Source: Octopus sinensis
Lineage: Eukaryota
DNA: 64,000 nucleotides
NCBI RefSeq assembly: GCF_006345805.1
Contig: NC_043003.1
Coordinates: forward strand, 84,940,001-85,004,000
Direction of reading: 5' to 3'
Made by a program: the position numbers and the translations under genes
Shown here: one piece after another, positions 48,420 through 61,959 of the stretch
Layout of the letters: each line of letters opens with the position of its first letter
How positions within the stretch are numbered: position 1 is the first letter of the stretch
The notes under the pieces: model-generated
Databases searched by the model: none
The model's input: the letters and a program-made list of their open reading frames with translations, nothing else
What the model was told of the DNA's origin: nothing

Positions 48420-50366
48420 ATATTTGGTTGTCTGATGAATTCGTTCGTTTTAGTGAGTGTGTAAAACTTCAGGTATTTTCTAGTATTTTCCTTGCCTTCT
48501 TTGGGTTCTTTCCATTCGGCTTCTGCCGATCCACTGTTTTGATTTACAGTTACACATCAAGTATTTATTTTTCTGGACGAGTGAGTCATAACCTTCATCG
48601 ATTTCTTTAAACTGACTCCAAGTCTTCTTTCTGAGAGCATCCTGTAATTGCGTCACGTCGAAGATCTTGATTCATTGGTTCTTCATAGAGATGTGCAATG
48701 CCACTTTCTCTGACTTCCCATCGATGATGAATGTTGTCTGTAGCAAATAGTGCTTGATGCTGTTGAATGGCGCTACGACTGAGACGTCTTGCAGTATGCT
48801 GAATTTGTCAACCAGGATATAGTTGATCCCGTTTCGGAGCCGAGCTTTTGGGGTCCGCCAATTTCATCCCTTTCCAGAACTTTTCATGTACAGCCTATTT
48901 CTAATGTAATTTTTCCTTGCCCCTGCCATAGCGACTAAACGCTCTCCTTTTTAAATTTCTCTCGCCTATTCAAACTCTCTCGCTCATTCCAATGTTTCTT
49001 GCACTGTTAACTTTCATTATAAGCAAAGAATGGACATCGAAAATCGCCTGCAATTTTTCTTCATCATGCATCATGGCCTGCTTGATGAGATCCGAGTCAT
49101 TGATGTGAAAACCTGAAAAATACTAACAAGCACACATAAATTCTACTTAAACAGTGTTGTAGACCACTTCTACCTAAAGCGAAAACAAGGCGGTAGAGGT
49201 TTAACATCGATCCAAAATGCCTTTGAATGTCATATCATATTCCCTCGACAACATCATTTAACCACCAAGTGTCGAAGTTTGCATACATGAGGCTGATAAC
49301 ATCATAAAACTTGGAAGGCAGCTCTTTGAGCAACATTCTTTGTCTGATAACCTAGAATACAAGCCCAAAGAAGTCGCACGACTCTACCGCAACATATCAT
49401 CAGATGAAAGGACGAGCCTATATGAGCAAACTACGCATGGATATGTTAGTAGAAAGCTCCGGGATGATACTAACATCGATCATGAATGCAGTTGATTATG
49501 GACGAATAGCCGGATTACTACCTCCCACTTTGAAGGGTATGCGTTTGCAATCCAGGAACAGGAAATATCAACCAAGTACCTGATGCACAAAAGGGATAGA
49601 GACGCAGGAAAAGTTGTAAAATGTGACAGCCGATGCAGACTTTGTGGAGTTAACATCGAAGATATCACCCACATCATAAGAAGTTGTCCGAAAATGTCAT
49701 TATGGTATAATCTACCGATGAGACATGATGCTGTAGCTAGGACATTCTATAAGGAAATCCTTGGGGAAGATTAACGCCAAGGACAAAGAAATAAAACCCA
49801 CTATATGGTAGAAGCCAAAGCCACTCATAATGAAAAGGTGTACTATGTAAGCACAACAGACCTGATATAATGATTTGGGATAGAGAAGAGAAACTATGCA
49901 CTGTTGTGGAAATTTGCTGACCAGCGGATGTTAACATAAAGCCGGAGGTCAGTGAAAAAGAGAACACCTATACTGAACTATTGAGAAATCAAGTTCAAAC
50001 TTACACCTGTAATTATTGGGGTTGTGGGATATGTAACACACTGCCTAAATATCAATCTTGAGAAATTAGGCTTCTCAAAACCAGAAATGAGTAAGCTAAT
50101 TCGAAGACTACATATCCAATCCATCACTGGAACTGTAAAAATCTGTAAAACTTTCCAGGAGTTTATAATTTAAATATACATGAACATGTCTATATATACA
50201 TGAGAATATATATATACATACATACATATATATGAGCAAACATACATATATATGAACATACATACACATATGTGAGCATGTCTTTATATGCATGAGAATA
50301 CATACATACGTACATACATACAAATCTGCACATATACATACATGCATGCATACATACATACATACA

Positions 50367-50397
<31 letters not shown>

Positions 50398-51200
50398 GAA
50401 CAAACAAAAATACCCTGTTGCTGATGTTGAAATTCCAATGAAGGAGCCTTGAATCAAGGTTAGAAACCGGCTCTTTTTCTATTGGCAAGAAACCTTGAAA
50501 TAAAACTGAACATACAACTTTCAAGGTGATATCTTCTTAGTTTTGCTCTCTATCTTCTCATTAAGCCCACTATCATATTTTCTCAGAAAATATAGTGGCC
50601 ATAGAAATGGATCCAGTAGTACGTCCTATCTTTTCTTTGTTGACAACTCGAAACTGAATAAGCCAAATATCAACGACATAAAAAAATAACCTCGTTACCT
50701 AATTTTCTACAGATATTGGATTGAAATTTGACGAGTCCAAACATGGACAATATGTCAAATTTGATGGAAAAGATGTGCCTCCTCTGAAACTTAAAAACGA
50801 ACGGCCGGAAAATACAACCTATACAGTCAGGTGATAATCATAAGTATCTTGGACGAAATGGGAATGTCAGATATGACGTACCCATAAATAAGGACCAGGA
50901 ATGAATACTGCAGGAAAATAAATACGGTCATTAGAATCCACAGCTTGCAACAGGCATATTGCCCACACACTTTTGTAGGTCCTGTCTTTACACCTATGTT
51001 TGGCTTTCTGAACTGGTCATCACAAGAACTCAGTGAAATAGATGTTTAAGCTTGCCATCTGCTCAGTGTTAGAGGAAACATCAACATCAGTGGAGTTGTA
51101 GATAGGATTTACTTCCCACGCAATAATGGTAGCCATGGTCTCAGATCTGTATTGATGTCACATGAAGCACGTATTGTAATACCAAAAAACATCTGCAACA
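48420..51200. mobile_element. Fragmented R4/Dong-like LINE pieces (main + strand 3' part 49120-50180; further pieces 48420-49110 and 50740-51200)
   Basis: FYLKRKQGGRGL, CRLCGVNIEDITHIIRSC knuckle, RHDAVAR and (N)RPDIMIWD motifs, heavily frameshifted. Confidence 0.8.
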
Positions 51201-51305
51201 GAAGAGAGAGACGAGTAATAAATTTGAGGAGTGATATGAAATAAGAGCTGATACAGATCCCCCCCCCCCACCTGTGGAGCACTGGTAAAATCTATTTATC
51301 AGAAG

Positions 51306-51379
<74 letters not shown>

Positions 51380-51541
51380 GCTTCAGAGGGGTGATGCTCA
51401 TCCTACGCGCGGATAATTTTTTCGCAAATTAGAGTGTGGTTTACAATTAATTGCTTACCCTTGCTTTTTAAATAAACCGAATTCATTTTTTTTAAGTATC
51501 AAAATAATAGATATGAAACCCTCGAATCCATCACTGTACAT

Positions 51542-51582
<41 letters not shown>

Positions 51583-52035
51583 CGTATATGTATGTATGGT
51601 ATGTATGTATGTATTATATATGTACGTATGTACCCACACGTGTCTATGCGACGAGGGTCAAAACAGAAAGTGAACAAAATAATATGACCACTTGTTTATC
51701 GGGAAATTTATAAGTTCGATTTAAGAAATTTTTATTTATTAAAAAAAAAATTTTTTTTAAGATAATCAAATCTATCGTTCATCATTTCGAGCCGCTCAGC
51801 CAGTGAGTATTTCTGCCAAATTTGGTGAAAATCCATTCAGCCGTTTTCCTGTAATTATGCAAACACACAAACAGACAAAGTGAGTGATTACAATGCCCTG
51901 CTTTCGCTTACGCGCGCAGGAGAATAAACTGGAATTGAACCCTAAGCATAAGAGATATTAAAACTCTGAGCGCAGTTCAATTCTCAAAAGATGACAAGTA
52001 AAGGGAGACTAATTCTTAAATTAGTAGAAACCATC

Positions 52036-52203
52036 TACTCGCAATACCAGAGGGCGCACACTCACCTACCTTGATGTAATCTCCAGGGATACAGGCATCC
52101 AGCAACAGGACCTCCGTAATGCCATGATGGACCGTGAAGTCTGGCGTAGCATGGTAAATTCCATTGTCTCGACCACGGTCGAACAATGATGATGATGATG
52201 ATG
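52036..52203 (+). mobile_element. RTE-clade LINE 3' end
   Basis: RNTRGRTLTYLDVISRDTGIQQQDLRNAMMDREVWRSMVNSIVSTTVEQ* plus (TGA)n tail. Confidence 0.85.
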
Positions 52204-52204
52204 T

Positions 52205-54540
52205 ATTAGGTGTTACTCGGTACACCCTTAGAAATTGTTGAAATACAAAATCGCCCATCAATTTATTGTTCGCCTTTTTTCAACGCCCTCTTGAATGTGT
52301 CAACAAACTGCTCCGCTTGTCTATTTGACCTAGGAATTTTCGAACTCGTCTGAACTCGTTTGACGTAAACCGAGTTCCCTTATCAGACACAATGATATCA
52401 GGAAGACAATACCTGGCGAACAATTCGTGTAAAATATTATTGTAACCACAGATGTCGGCTTTTTACATTTATGCATTTCCGTCCACTTTGAAAAACCCTC
52501 TATCACAAGATAATATGAACCCTTAGGAGAACCTGCGTAATTAACATGCAGCCTGGCCCTTGAAACGTATGATTTTAACCACTGTTGCCACTTAGTGGTA
52601 GGTGCTTTCGCAACTAAGGCACACCCTTTTCATGCTTCCACTAATTCTTCAATGTCATGGTCCATCGTCGGCCAATATACATAACTTCTCATTAACGATT
52701 TCATTCTCGAAATCTCTGGGTGACCAATATGAAATTCCTTTAATAAGTGCAATATTGCTTTTGTAGTGTGGCTCGTACTACAACTCTTTGTGCGTACATT
52801 GTCACACATTCAGAAATGGTTCACGTTTGTGTTGCGCATATCTTTATCTCTTTTAACCTTCAGTATTTCTCTCTTTTAAAAATGAATTTATCGGTTTTCG
52901 ATTTTAATTTCATGTCTTGGCAGTTCACATATGACGTTACACAAAACATTTTTTATTTCATTTTCCGCTCTCAAAGCAGCAAACACTATCTCTTCAAATG
53001 GTTCAGCACTTTTTGAAATCAGTCTTGATAAACAATCAGCGTGATCTGATTTCTTGGATGGTATATACTCTATCTTGAAAATATAGTTCAAAATATATCG
53101 TACCCCAGCGTTGCAACCTGTTAGCAGTATGGGTAGGGATTCCTTTCTTTTACCCAAATACATATAATAACGCACGATGATCAGTCTGTAGACGAAAATT
53201 TCTGAGAAATTTTTCCACAGCAAATATAATCGCTAGAGTTTCTTTTTCGATTTGGCTTTAATTTTTCTCTGCTGATACCAAAGAATATGGAGCATGAACC
53301 ATAGCCTTCATGCTACCATCTTTATATTTATGTAGCATTACTACTCCTACACCGTACTCAGAAGTGTCTGAAGCTACAACAATCTCCGCCGCAGGATAGA
53401 AGTGTGCTAAAGACAAATCGGTTATTATTAATATTTTGTTTTATTTCGTCAAATGACTTTTGACAATTTTCAGACCAATCCCACTTCTTATCTTTTTTCA
53501 GCTGGTTATTCAGTGGAACCCTCACCTTATGCGTATTTGGAATATAATTTGGGTAATAATTTTCCAGTCTTAAACATGCTTGTAAGATAGCTATATTTGT
53601 CGGAGTGGGCATATTTTTAATTACATCTACCCTCGACGGATCTGGTAAGAAAATTTCAGACTTTTCTTCACTCAAAGTAAAGACATAATCTCTAACTTTT
53701 TCGAATACATATTTTACGTGCTCTACGTGTTGATCCCTGGATTCGCTTTTAATGAGTATATCATCCAGATATGGAATTCCGAATTCACAGTCCGCTAACA
53801 TATATATTAATTATATATATTATCCATAATCTGTTGAAAAATTGGAGGTGCGACTTTTAAGCCAAATGTTAACCTGTTGCATTTATACAGTTCTTTATAT
53901 GTGCTAATTGTTAGGTGTTTAGAGCATCAATCGTCTACTCTAATTTGTAGGTACGTATCAGAGTGATCTAATTTAGAAGATATCCTGCCACCGTTTAATT
54001 TCGCAAAAATATCTTCCGGAGTAGGTAGTGGATAGTGCACGTTTTAAGTCATATGTTTAAACCAGCGGAAAAATCAGCACACACTCTGATTTTATCGTTC
54101 TTATTTATAATGTACACAGTTGGTGATGCCCGTTGACTATATTCCACTTTCAGGATAACTCCAATTTTTTCTAGTCTCTCTAAGGGTACCGTTCGTTCTT
54201 GTTTAAATGCCGGTATGGCGTTTTATTTTATCTGAAACCGTTGTTTTGGTGCACAGACTTAATTTATCAGACAGAACCTCAGGAAAAATATTTTTAAAAT
54301 TTTCGATTCGTCTGACGACTTTTTTGTACCAGACGAAGAACCATTCACATTTTTACAGAAGATTTATGAGGAGGTCCCATAAGTTAAATAATTCCATCCA
54401 GTCAGTTCCTAATGAATTTGTTGTATCATTCAGCACAAAAAAATTTGACTTTTAAGGTTTCTTCACGAAATATAATGTCACTTATCAATTCGCCTTTAAC
54501 TATAATTTTTTACTGAAACACCACCACAGGTAATTTTCGA
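52205..54540 (-). mobile_element. Decayed Ty3/Gypsy LTR-retrotransposon pol (RT, RNase H, integrase)
   Basis: PYLDDILI RT motif, IEKETLAIIFAV RNase H motif, HIGHPEISRMKSLMRSYVYWP integrase Zn region, NGQAEQFVDTFKRAL integrase core. Confidence 0.88.
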
Positions 54541-55071
54541 AGTGTGTGTTTTTATATCGAGCTTAAGAGAAGGGTTTCCCAACCATTTTTTTATATATGG
54601 AACTCTTTGATTATTATTTCATTCTGCTGGACTCCCTTAGCCATTCGACGATTGAAGCTTCTTTCAAAATTTATTTTTTCACACAATAACTTTTGTAGGT
54701 TGAACTATGTAAAATGTTAGAGAAAGAAACCTAGATGTCTCTTGCAATATATACCAATACATATACCTGAACCAAAATTTTTTCAGGCGCCTCAGTTTAC
54801 TGTTTCCTTGCGTGTATCAACAGACATCATATATGGGCCCTCAGAGGCCATACGGACTCCATTTGAGAAGTATTGAACCAAAGAATTACTCAGTTCTTTT
54901 TGTAGAGTACGTAGTAATTATACGCTTACTAGAAGAGTGGTGAAAGCGTCTTCGAAGTTTCATCCTCCATTGTATAGTCCAAAGAAGGTTTAGTAGCTCG
55001 GTATATGTATGTTATATATGTATGTTCTCTTTCTCCTTTTAGTTTAGAGTAAATTTTGACTGGTCACCTAC

Positions 55072-55256
55072 TTGGTAGCAATCTTGCGAAATAAAAGATC
55101 TTGTTTGGTTCATGATCTTTTAAATATTAAGAAGGTCTTGCAGATTTTTATAGACCCGAAGATTTGCGTGCTTTCCTCAAGAACTCAAATTCAGCTATAC
55201 TTTGATCCATATGGGCTGATATGTATCTTGTAACTCCAGTAATAGTTGGTATGAAG
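55072..55256 (-). pseudogene. Decayed CUB-type exon paralogous to 23099-23232
   Basis: cactttcAG acceptor, GTAGGT donor; shares CTTCGGGTCTAT (LRVY) with the 23.1-kb exon. All three frames contain stops. Confidence 0.4.
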
Positions 55257-55291
55257 CTGAAAGTGTATATGCTTTGTGTATGTTATATATA

Positions 55292-55520
55292 AGGCGGCGA
55301 GCTGGCAGAAACGTTAGCACACCGGGCGAAATGCGTAGTCGTATTTCGTCTGCCGCTACGTTCTGAGTTCAAATTCCGCCGAGGTTGACTTTGCCGTTCA
55401 TCCTTTCGGGGTCGATAAATTAAGTACCAGTTACGCACTGGGGTCGATGTAATCGACTTAATACCTATGTCTGTCCTTGTTTGTCCCCTCTATGTTTAGC
55501 CCCTTGTGGGTAGTAAAGAA
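55292..55520 (+). mobile_element. Young full-length SINE family A
   Basis: ggcggcgagctggcagaaacgttagc...gttcaaattccgccgagg...ccccttgtgggtagtaaagaaat. Confidence 0.93.
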
Positions 55521-55557
<37 letters not shown>

Positions 55558-55913
55558 ATATATATATATGTGTATATCTGTGTATATTCCACTGATGAGA
55601 CAAAGCATTTCTTACGCAAAGCCGGAAATCCGGGATCTGGAATTATCCAGTAATTTTTTGCTAGTTTATTTTGTCCTTTGTCCTCTCTCCTGGCGCTGTA
55701 TGAACATTTAATTTGGTTTTACATTCAAGTTTTGTCTGCTATTTCCAGCGTGGAGGTATCTCTTAGATAACCTTAATTATGATTTTAATAATAATTATTA
55801 CCTTTGAAGGTTTTTATTCCCATGCTGGCCACTTGATAAGATCGATATTTGAATTAACGATCTTATCCTTATATATATATATATATATACATATACATAC
55901 ATACATACATACA

Positions 55914-55983
<70 letters not shown>

Positions 55984-55986
55984 ATG

Positions 55987-56028
<42 letters not shown>

Positions 56029-56487
56029 CATGTGTGTGTGTATGTATATATACGCACACATAAGATGTCTCCACAAAGTACATACCCATGTTCACACTTG
56101 ATAACTAAATTTTAATTTTTTTTGGTATAACCCTTTATAAACACCTAAGGGAACCAGGTGTTTATAAATTCACATATTCGACTTACCATCATTGGAATTA
56201 GAGGTAAGTTTGGAGCGGATGGAACTGTTTAGAATGTGTGCAACAAACGTTCCGGAACGCATCGGACACCGATGAACCTCTCAAAACAAGAAATTATACT
56301 AGAAACCTCTTGTTAGAGTTAAGGAAAATTTGCGTGGCAATAGAGACCTGACATGGGAAATTCAAAATCAAGTCCAACAAACTTTGCCCATCACACTTTC
56401 CAAGGAGTGGAGCTAAGAGATATAACACCAAGTACAATTAAATCACTAGTATTAACTGCTTGTTATAAAGCTACGGATTTCTATTAA

Positions 56488-56607
<120 letters not shown>

Positions 56608-56811
56608 ATTTCCCACTGAAAATGTCTCAATGAGCCAGAAATGCTTCTAGGGATGTAAGCGAGGGCGTAGCTGAGATGATAATGGTATATTTACTCTTTT
56701 ACCAAAAATAAGAATATTTTCTACACAGTAAACGTCAGTGAAATTTAGATGATAAATATGTCACAAGCATATTTGAGCTGTTTTTATTCCACATCATTGC
56801 TTCGCGCTATT

Positions 56812-56887
<76 letters not shown>

Positions 56888-57199
56888 GGTGCATAAGCAC
56901 ATACACAAACATATGAGTCAGTGGACAAACGAAAGAAAGTCGCATTCAACATCCCAAAAAGAACAAACGCAAAACAAAAACAACAACGCAAGGACGTGGT
57001 ACATGTAAAGTATTGGCAGATGCTCAGGGAAGGAAAGGAAGATAGTTTAATGTTTCGAGCAACGCGCAACTTCAGAAACAGAGGGAAGTCCGATAGAAAG
57101 GAAGACGGAGGAAGAAAATCGCCAACGATTCACATGTGGTTACATTTTGAAATGTATAATATATAATATATATATATATATATATATACATACACACAC

Positions 57200-57671
57200 A
57201 CACACATATATATTAATTCCAAGAAAGTTAGAGGTTGTGAATCCAACCAACTAAGGGATAATATCTATCCAATATACTGTTGGTAGAATACCTAATTATT
57301 AATACACAAGTGTTTTTTATTGCATTAACCTTATGTACTTTCTAAAATCTCCGACGAAGGCTAGAGAAACACCCAAGTACCTCAATTTCATCTACTAATT
57401 ACTTCAGTCTACTGCAGGAATAAAGGTAGAATGAGGTATTTTTACCTCTTGGCTGAAACAGCTGTAAGATATTTTCCCAATTTATATTCCTGCATGTTAT
57501 ATTTTAATAATTACTGGTATCTTTATATATATATTTTATATGTAAAGCATATCTTATTCATGTATGTATATTCTTGTAATTGTCATTTTAGTAAATAAAT
57601 AAATAAATTGACATAATATTATGTCTAAAAGTTGATGAACCACCTATTGATCCCCTCCATTTTCTTATTGC

Positions 57672-57706
<35 letters not shown>

Positions 57707-60100
57707 CCACAACACACAGACACACACTTATATATACATATATACATATATATAATCACGCAAATCCACGCCATATAACTACCACACCGCATCAAAAAAG
57801 AATTTGTGGATAGAAGGGTTTAAATTCATCCTGGAAAATAACTTCTTCGCCTTCAATGACAACTTCTAACGACAAAAATCGGACTGGATGGGTTACACGA
57901 ATGGCCCCCTCCTTTGCCAACCTAGTCATAGGATACCTAGAATCAGTCTGTATCGTAAGGTTATCTAGAAAATATATGGCAACCCTTTCTCTCCATCTAT
58001 AGAAACAACTGGAAGAGATATCTAGATGACTGTGTCATCCGTTGGCATAAAATATATGAAAACTCATAGAATTCCATAAAATATTAAACGGACTGGCGTA
58101 AACATCAATTCACTGATGGATATATCCACATCAACTCCCTTCCTCGATATCCTCATTAAGAAAGCTAATATAGAAATAGAACAGACATATGCTATAGCCT
58201 ACAGACTCTAAAGCAATATCTTCCATTCAATTCATGCCACCCCAGACCCACCAGAGTATAATCTCCCCTCAATCTAGCAAAAAGGATATGCATCTATAGT
58301 CTCTAACGCAAACACCAGAGACACAAAACTACAAGAACTCAAGAACTACCCTAATCAACCAGGACTAGCCACCTTCACTTATTGACAAATGCATTCAACG
58401 TGCCCTTCACTTAACATCAAGGGAACTGACATATCCCAATCAAAGAAACTTACAGCCACTACCAAATGCGCTTAGACCATACATCTCCACACACAAACCT
58501 CTCAATAACGAAGCCTTCGACACCATCCTTCCGCACAACATACCCCCTCCTAAAAAAAGACCACAGAATGAACACCAATCCTCCAACACACATCGATCAT
58601 AAAAGCAAAAGACAAGCCTAGATCCATGAAAAGTCTCCTTACCAAGCCCGAATTCACTCTTCAACACAGAAGCCGACGTAAAAAAATGTTAAGACCCAAT
58701 TGCGGATATTTCGCGACTATCTAATCGAGGGTTTTGAGTTTTCCTTCCAACAGGGACAACGTTTTACAGTGAAAAGCAACTTCACCTGTGCTTCGGAGAA
58801 CCTAATATACTCCCTTACCTGCTTCCGGGTGTCAAGAGCAGTACATAGGCGAACAAAAATGGTTTGCCGTAAACGAATGGCCCTGCACAGAGATCCCAGA
58901 TAAAAAATCCCCAAAACAGAAAGAATAGCTTTTAGCCAACCATAGAGACTTGCGCGGCGCCAACAAAAAAACACCAAACTTCAGAATTTTTCCTCCCCTT
59001 CTAACCAATTTAGGGAACGATACAACCAAGTCGATACAACGAATAAGTAAAGAAATCTCTTTATTACAAATACAAGCCACTTCTTGAAACGGGTCCTACG
59101 ACCAAACAATTAATATACCTCAAACTTTAGAGAAAAGAAAAATATATATATATATACACAACACAAATACTACACTCCAATATAACCATTACCAATCACC
59201 CCTTCATAGCTATATTTACACCCATATTACTATTCTCCCTTCTTCTGTTTTTTCTTCTTCTTCTTCTTCCTCTTCTTCTTCTTCCTCTTCTTCTTCTTTT
59301 CAATCGTTATCATCATCATCGGCATCATCATCATCGCCACCATCATCATCACCACCATCTTCTCCTTCTCCTCCTCCTTCTTCTTCTCTTCTTCATCATC
59401 ATCGTTATCATCAATCGCCGTCATATCATCCCACAACATCACCCATCATCGTCAATCTTCTCCTTCTCCTTCTCCTATCTTCTTCTTCTCGCTCCACCCC
59501 CCTACCCCTTAATTTTGTCACTAATGTTTTTTAGTATAACACCTCGCTAATTCTATAAAACAAGCCTTCAATATAAATATTATCCGGAATTGAACTGAGA
59601 CTGCCGCCCCGCCCACTGACCATTCAAAATACGACCCTCATAGCACTCCCCTGATTCTCCCACCCACCCCCTTTCCTCACCAGCCTTCTCTCTACTACCC
59701 TACCAAGAAACTCACAACTACCATCGAACACACAGTGCAAACACTAGTCAGAGAAAGGCAGAATGCCCACTTAATCTAACACTACTATAGAAATATTTTT
59801 TTAAAACTTTCTCTAATTTTTCTAAATTTAATTATTTATCGTTACAGTTGGAAAAGGTCTCAAAATTGACCGAAACCGGTACTGAAATGTTTCACTATAA
59901 CATTATTTTAGCCATTTTCTACTTTTTACTATACTACTTGGTTTTTTTCATATATATCTATACAGATATATACTCCAAAAGATTTTTATTTCTGTTTATT
60001 ATCTCGTTTTGTTCCTTTCTGTTGAAGAAATAGCGAGTCTGAACGAAAAGGGCTTTCTCATTGCTTGCTCGTCTTTTGTTGTTTTCATAATTTCACTATA
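57200..60100 (+). mobile_element. Decayed Penelope-like element (RT plus GIY-YIG, coding remnant about 57790-59130) with flanking terminal-repeat-like regions
   Basis: FILENNFFAFN, MAPSFANLVIGYL, WKRYLDDC and PFLDILI RT motifs; FTCASENLIYSLTC...YIG..K.R...H GIY-YIG; hammerhead-like motifs at 57345-57472 and 59844-59885. Confidence 0.85.
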
Positions 60101-60107
60101 TATATAT

Positions 60108-60164
<57 letters not shown>

Positions 60165-60199
60165 ATTATATCTATATTATCTATCTATCTATCATCTAA

Positions 60200-61693
60200 G
60201 TCGGGCAGAGGTGGCGGAAACGTACATCGCGTCGTCACTACTACCGCCTGAACCGTCGTGCCTTGTCCCGAACCTACCTCACCAAACTACAACGCATTCT
60301 CTTCGCTTCTTGTGGAAAGGATGCGTCCCGATGGTCAGGCGATCCATTTGTGTCAATATCCGTTAAAAGAAGGACTGAGCATGCCGTTTTTGATGATGCG
60401 CAGACATGCGCGGAGACTGCGACATCTCAGGTTCTTCGTAGACGACGGTGAATAGGTGTGGTCGCCGTTTTGTGAGGCACGCTTTCCCGCAGCTCGTCTC
60501 CATTGACGAACTGCAATCGTGGATCACAAGAGGCCGATGAAGGGCGAATGGCACCGCGAGTGTCGCGTTGCTCTCAAGCAACCCGCAGTCTGGGTCAACC
60601 TTGAGTGACTCCATCACAACCAAAGCATTCTATAGGGGATTAGTGGAGGGGAGATTCGACGACGAGCTCAGGCAACCGGACGTCGACGAGGAATACTTGA
60701 CCCGCCTGTTCGGGACGGACTTTCGGGCCAGGGCCCCATGGACAACTTCCAGAGTCCTGGCCTGGCAGTGCCTACCGAGAAGCGCTACCCGTTCGGGATA
60801 AGCTCTACAGACACGGCTCGAGAAACCGGGGCCGACCTGCCCGAGATGCGGTCAGAGCGACGAAAAACCATTCTGCACGCCACTCGTGCAGGTCCAACAA
60901 TTTCCGACCGTGGGTTTATGTCGAACAATGCTGTCACGTGTGGGACGAGTCGGTTATCAGCTGAGTCTATCGTCATATTGTCACGCCTCCTTCCTTCAAA
61001 CGGGAAGGAAGAGCTATTTCATCATACTTGTGGCTATGGCGAAAGAATGATCTGGTGGACGCCGTCTGAAGGATTGGAGACAAACACTTTCCTCTCTGGT
61101 CAAATCTCTCATCAACTTTTCAAGTACCACTTGAAAAGGAAAGTGAGAGTAGAGAGGCAAGTTTTGTCTAGCGAATGTTTAAAAAAGATGGGTGAATGTA
61201 GCAGGATGGCACGTTGAATGACGAAGCCACTTGAGCATAATCCTATGAACCCAGAATTGAATGAAAAAGAGGGTTACCCACTGCAAACAAATGTAGTAAC
61301 ATATAACAATATACCAGGTTACCAAGTATTGACCAAGGTTACCGTGGTCGTTTTAGTAGGATTTTCTTCCCCCGGATAAACTTACTTGCTTTCCCCTTTA
61401 CACCATACATCATGACACTGTGATACACCGATCCCTATTTGATCGTTTTGTTTTCCTCTTCCCCTTTTTTCCTTCTTTTTTCTTCTTTTTTTCATTTTTT
61501 CTTTTCTTTTTTCTCTTTTCCTTTTTTTCCTTTTTTTTGTTCTTTTTTGTTCTTTTTTCCCTTTTGATCGAAAACCTACGCCACCTTTTTTTTCTCCCCC
61601 AAAAGAAAAGCTCTACATTGTAACTTGTCCCATCTGTGTGCAGTCCTGTTTGGCCAATAAATAAACTTATCTATCTATCTATCTATCTATCTC

Positions 61694-61752
<59 letters not shown>
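60200..61752 (+). mobile_element. Tx1/L1-superfamily LINE 3' end with AATAAA and (ATCT)n tail
   Basis: Frameshifted LFRFLWKG...RRSIC..PLKEGLSMP, TKAFY and LAWQC..EALPVRDKL...CPRC motifs; GC-rich. Confidence 0.8.
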
Positions 61753-61959
61753 GGACAGACATACGCAAGTCAAATGGGCTCCACGTAAGTTGGTAAATTT
61801 GTACGTTCAAAAGTGTATATTGACAAATATTTTGTGTTTAAAAGTTGTGCAACAACATCCACTGTAAACCTTGATAAATATCTACACAAAATTTTGCCCC
61901 TTGTGGGCAAAATGTAAAAAAAAATTCTCATAGCCTTCGTGGTTCATTTAGCCATTTTA

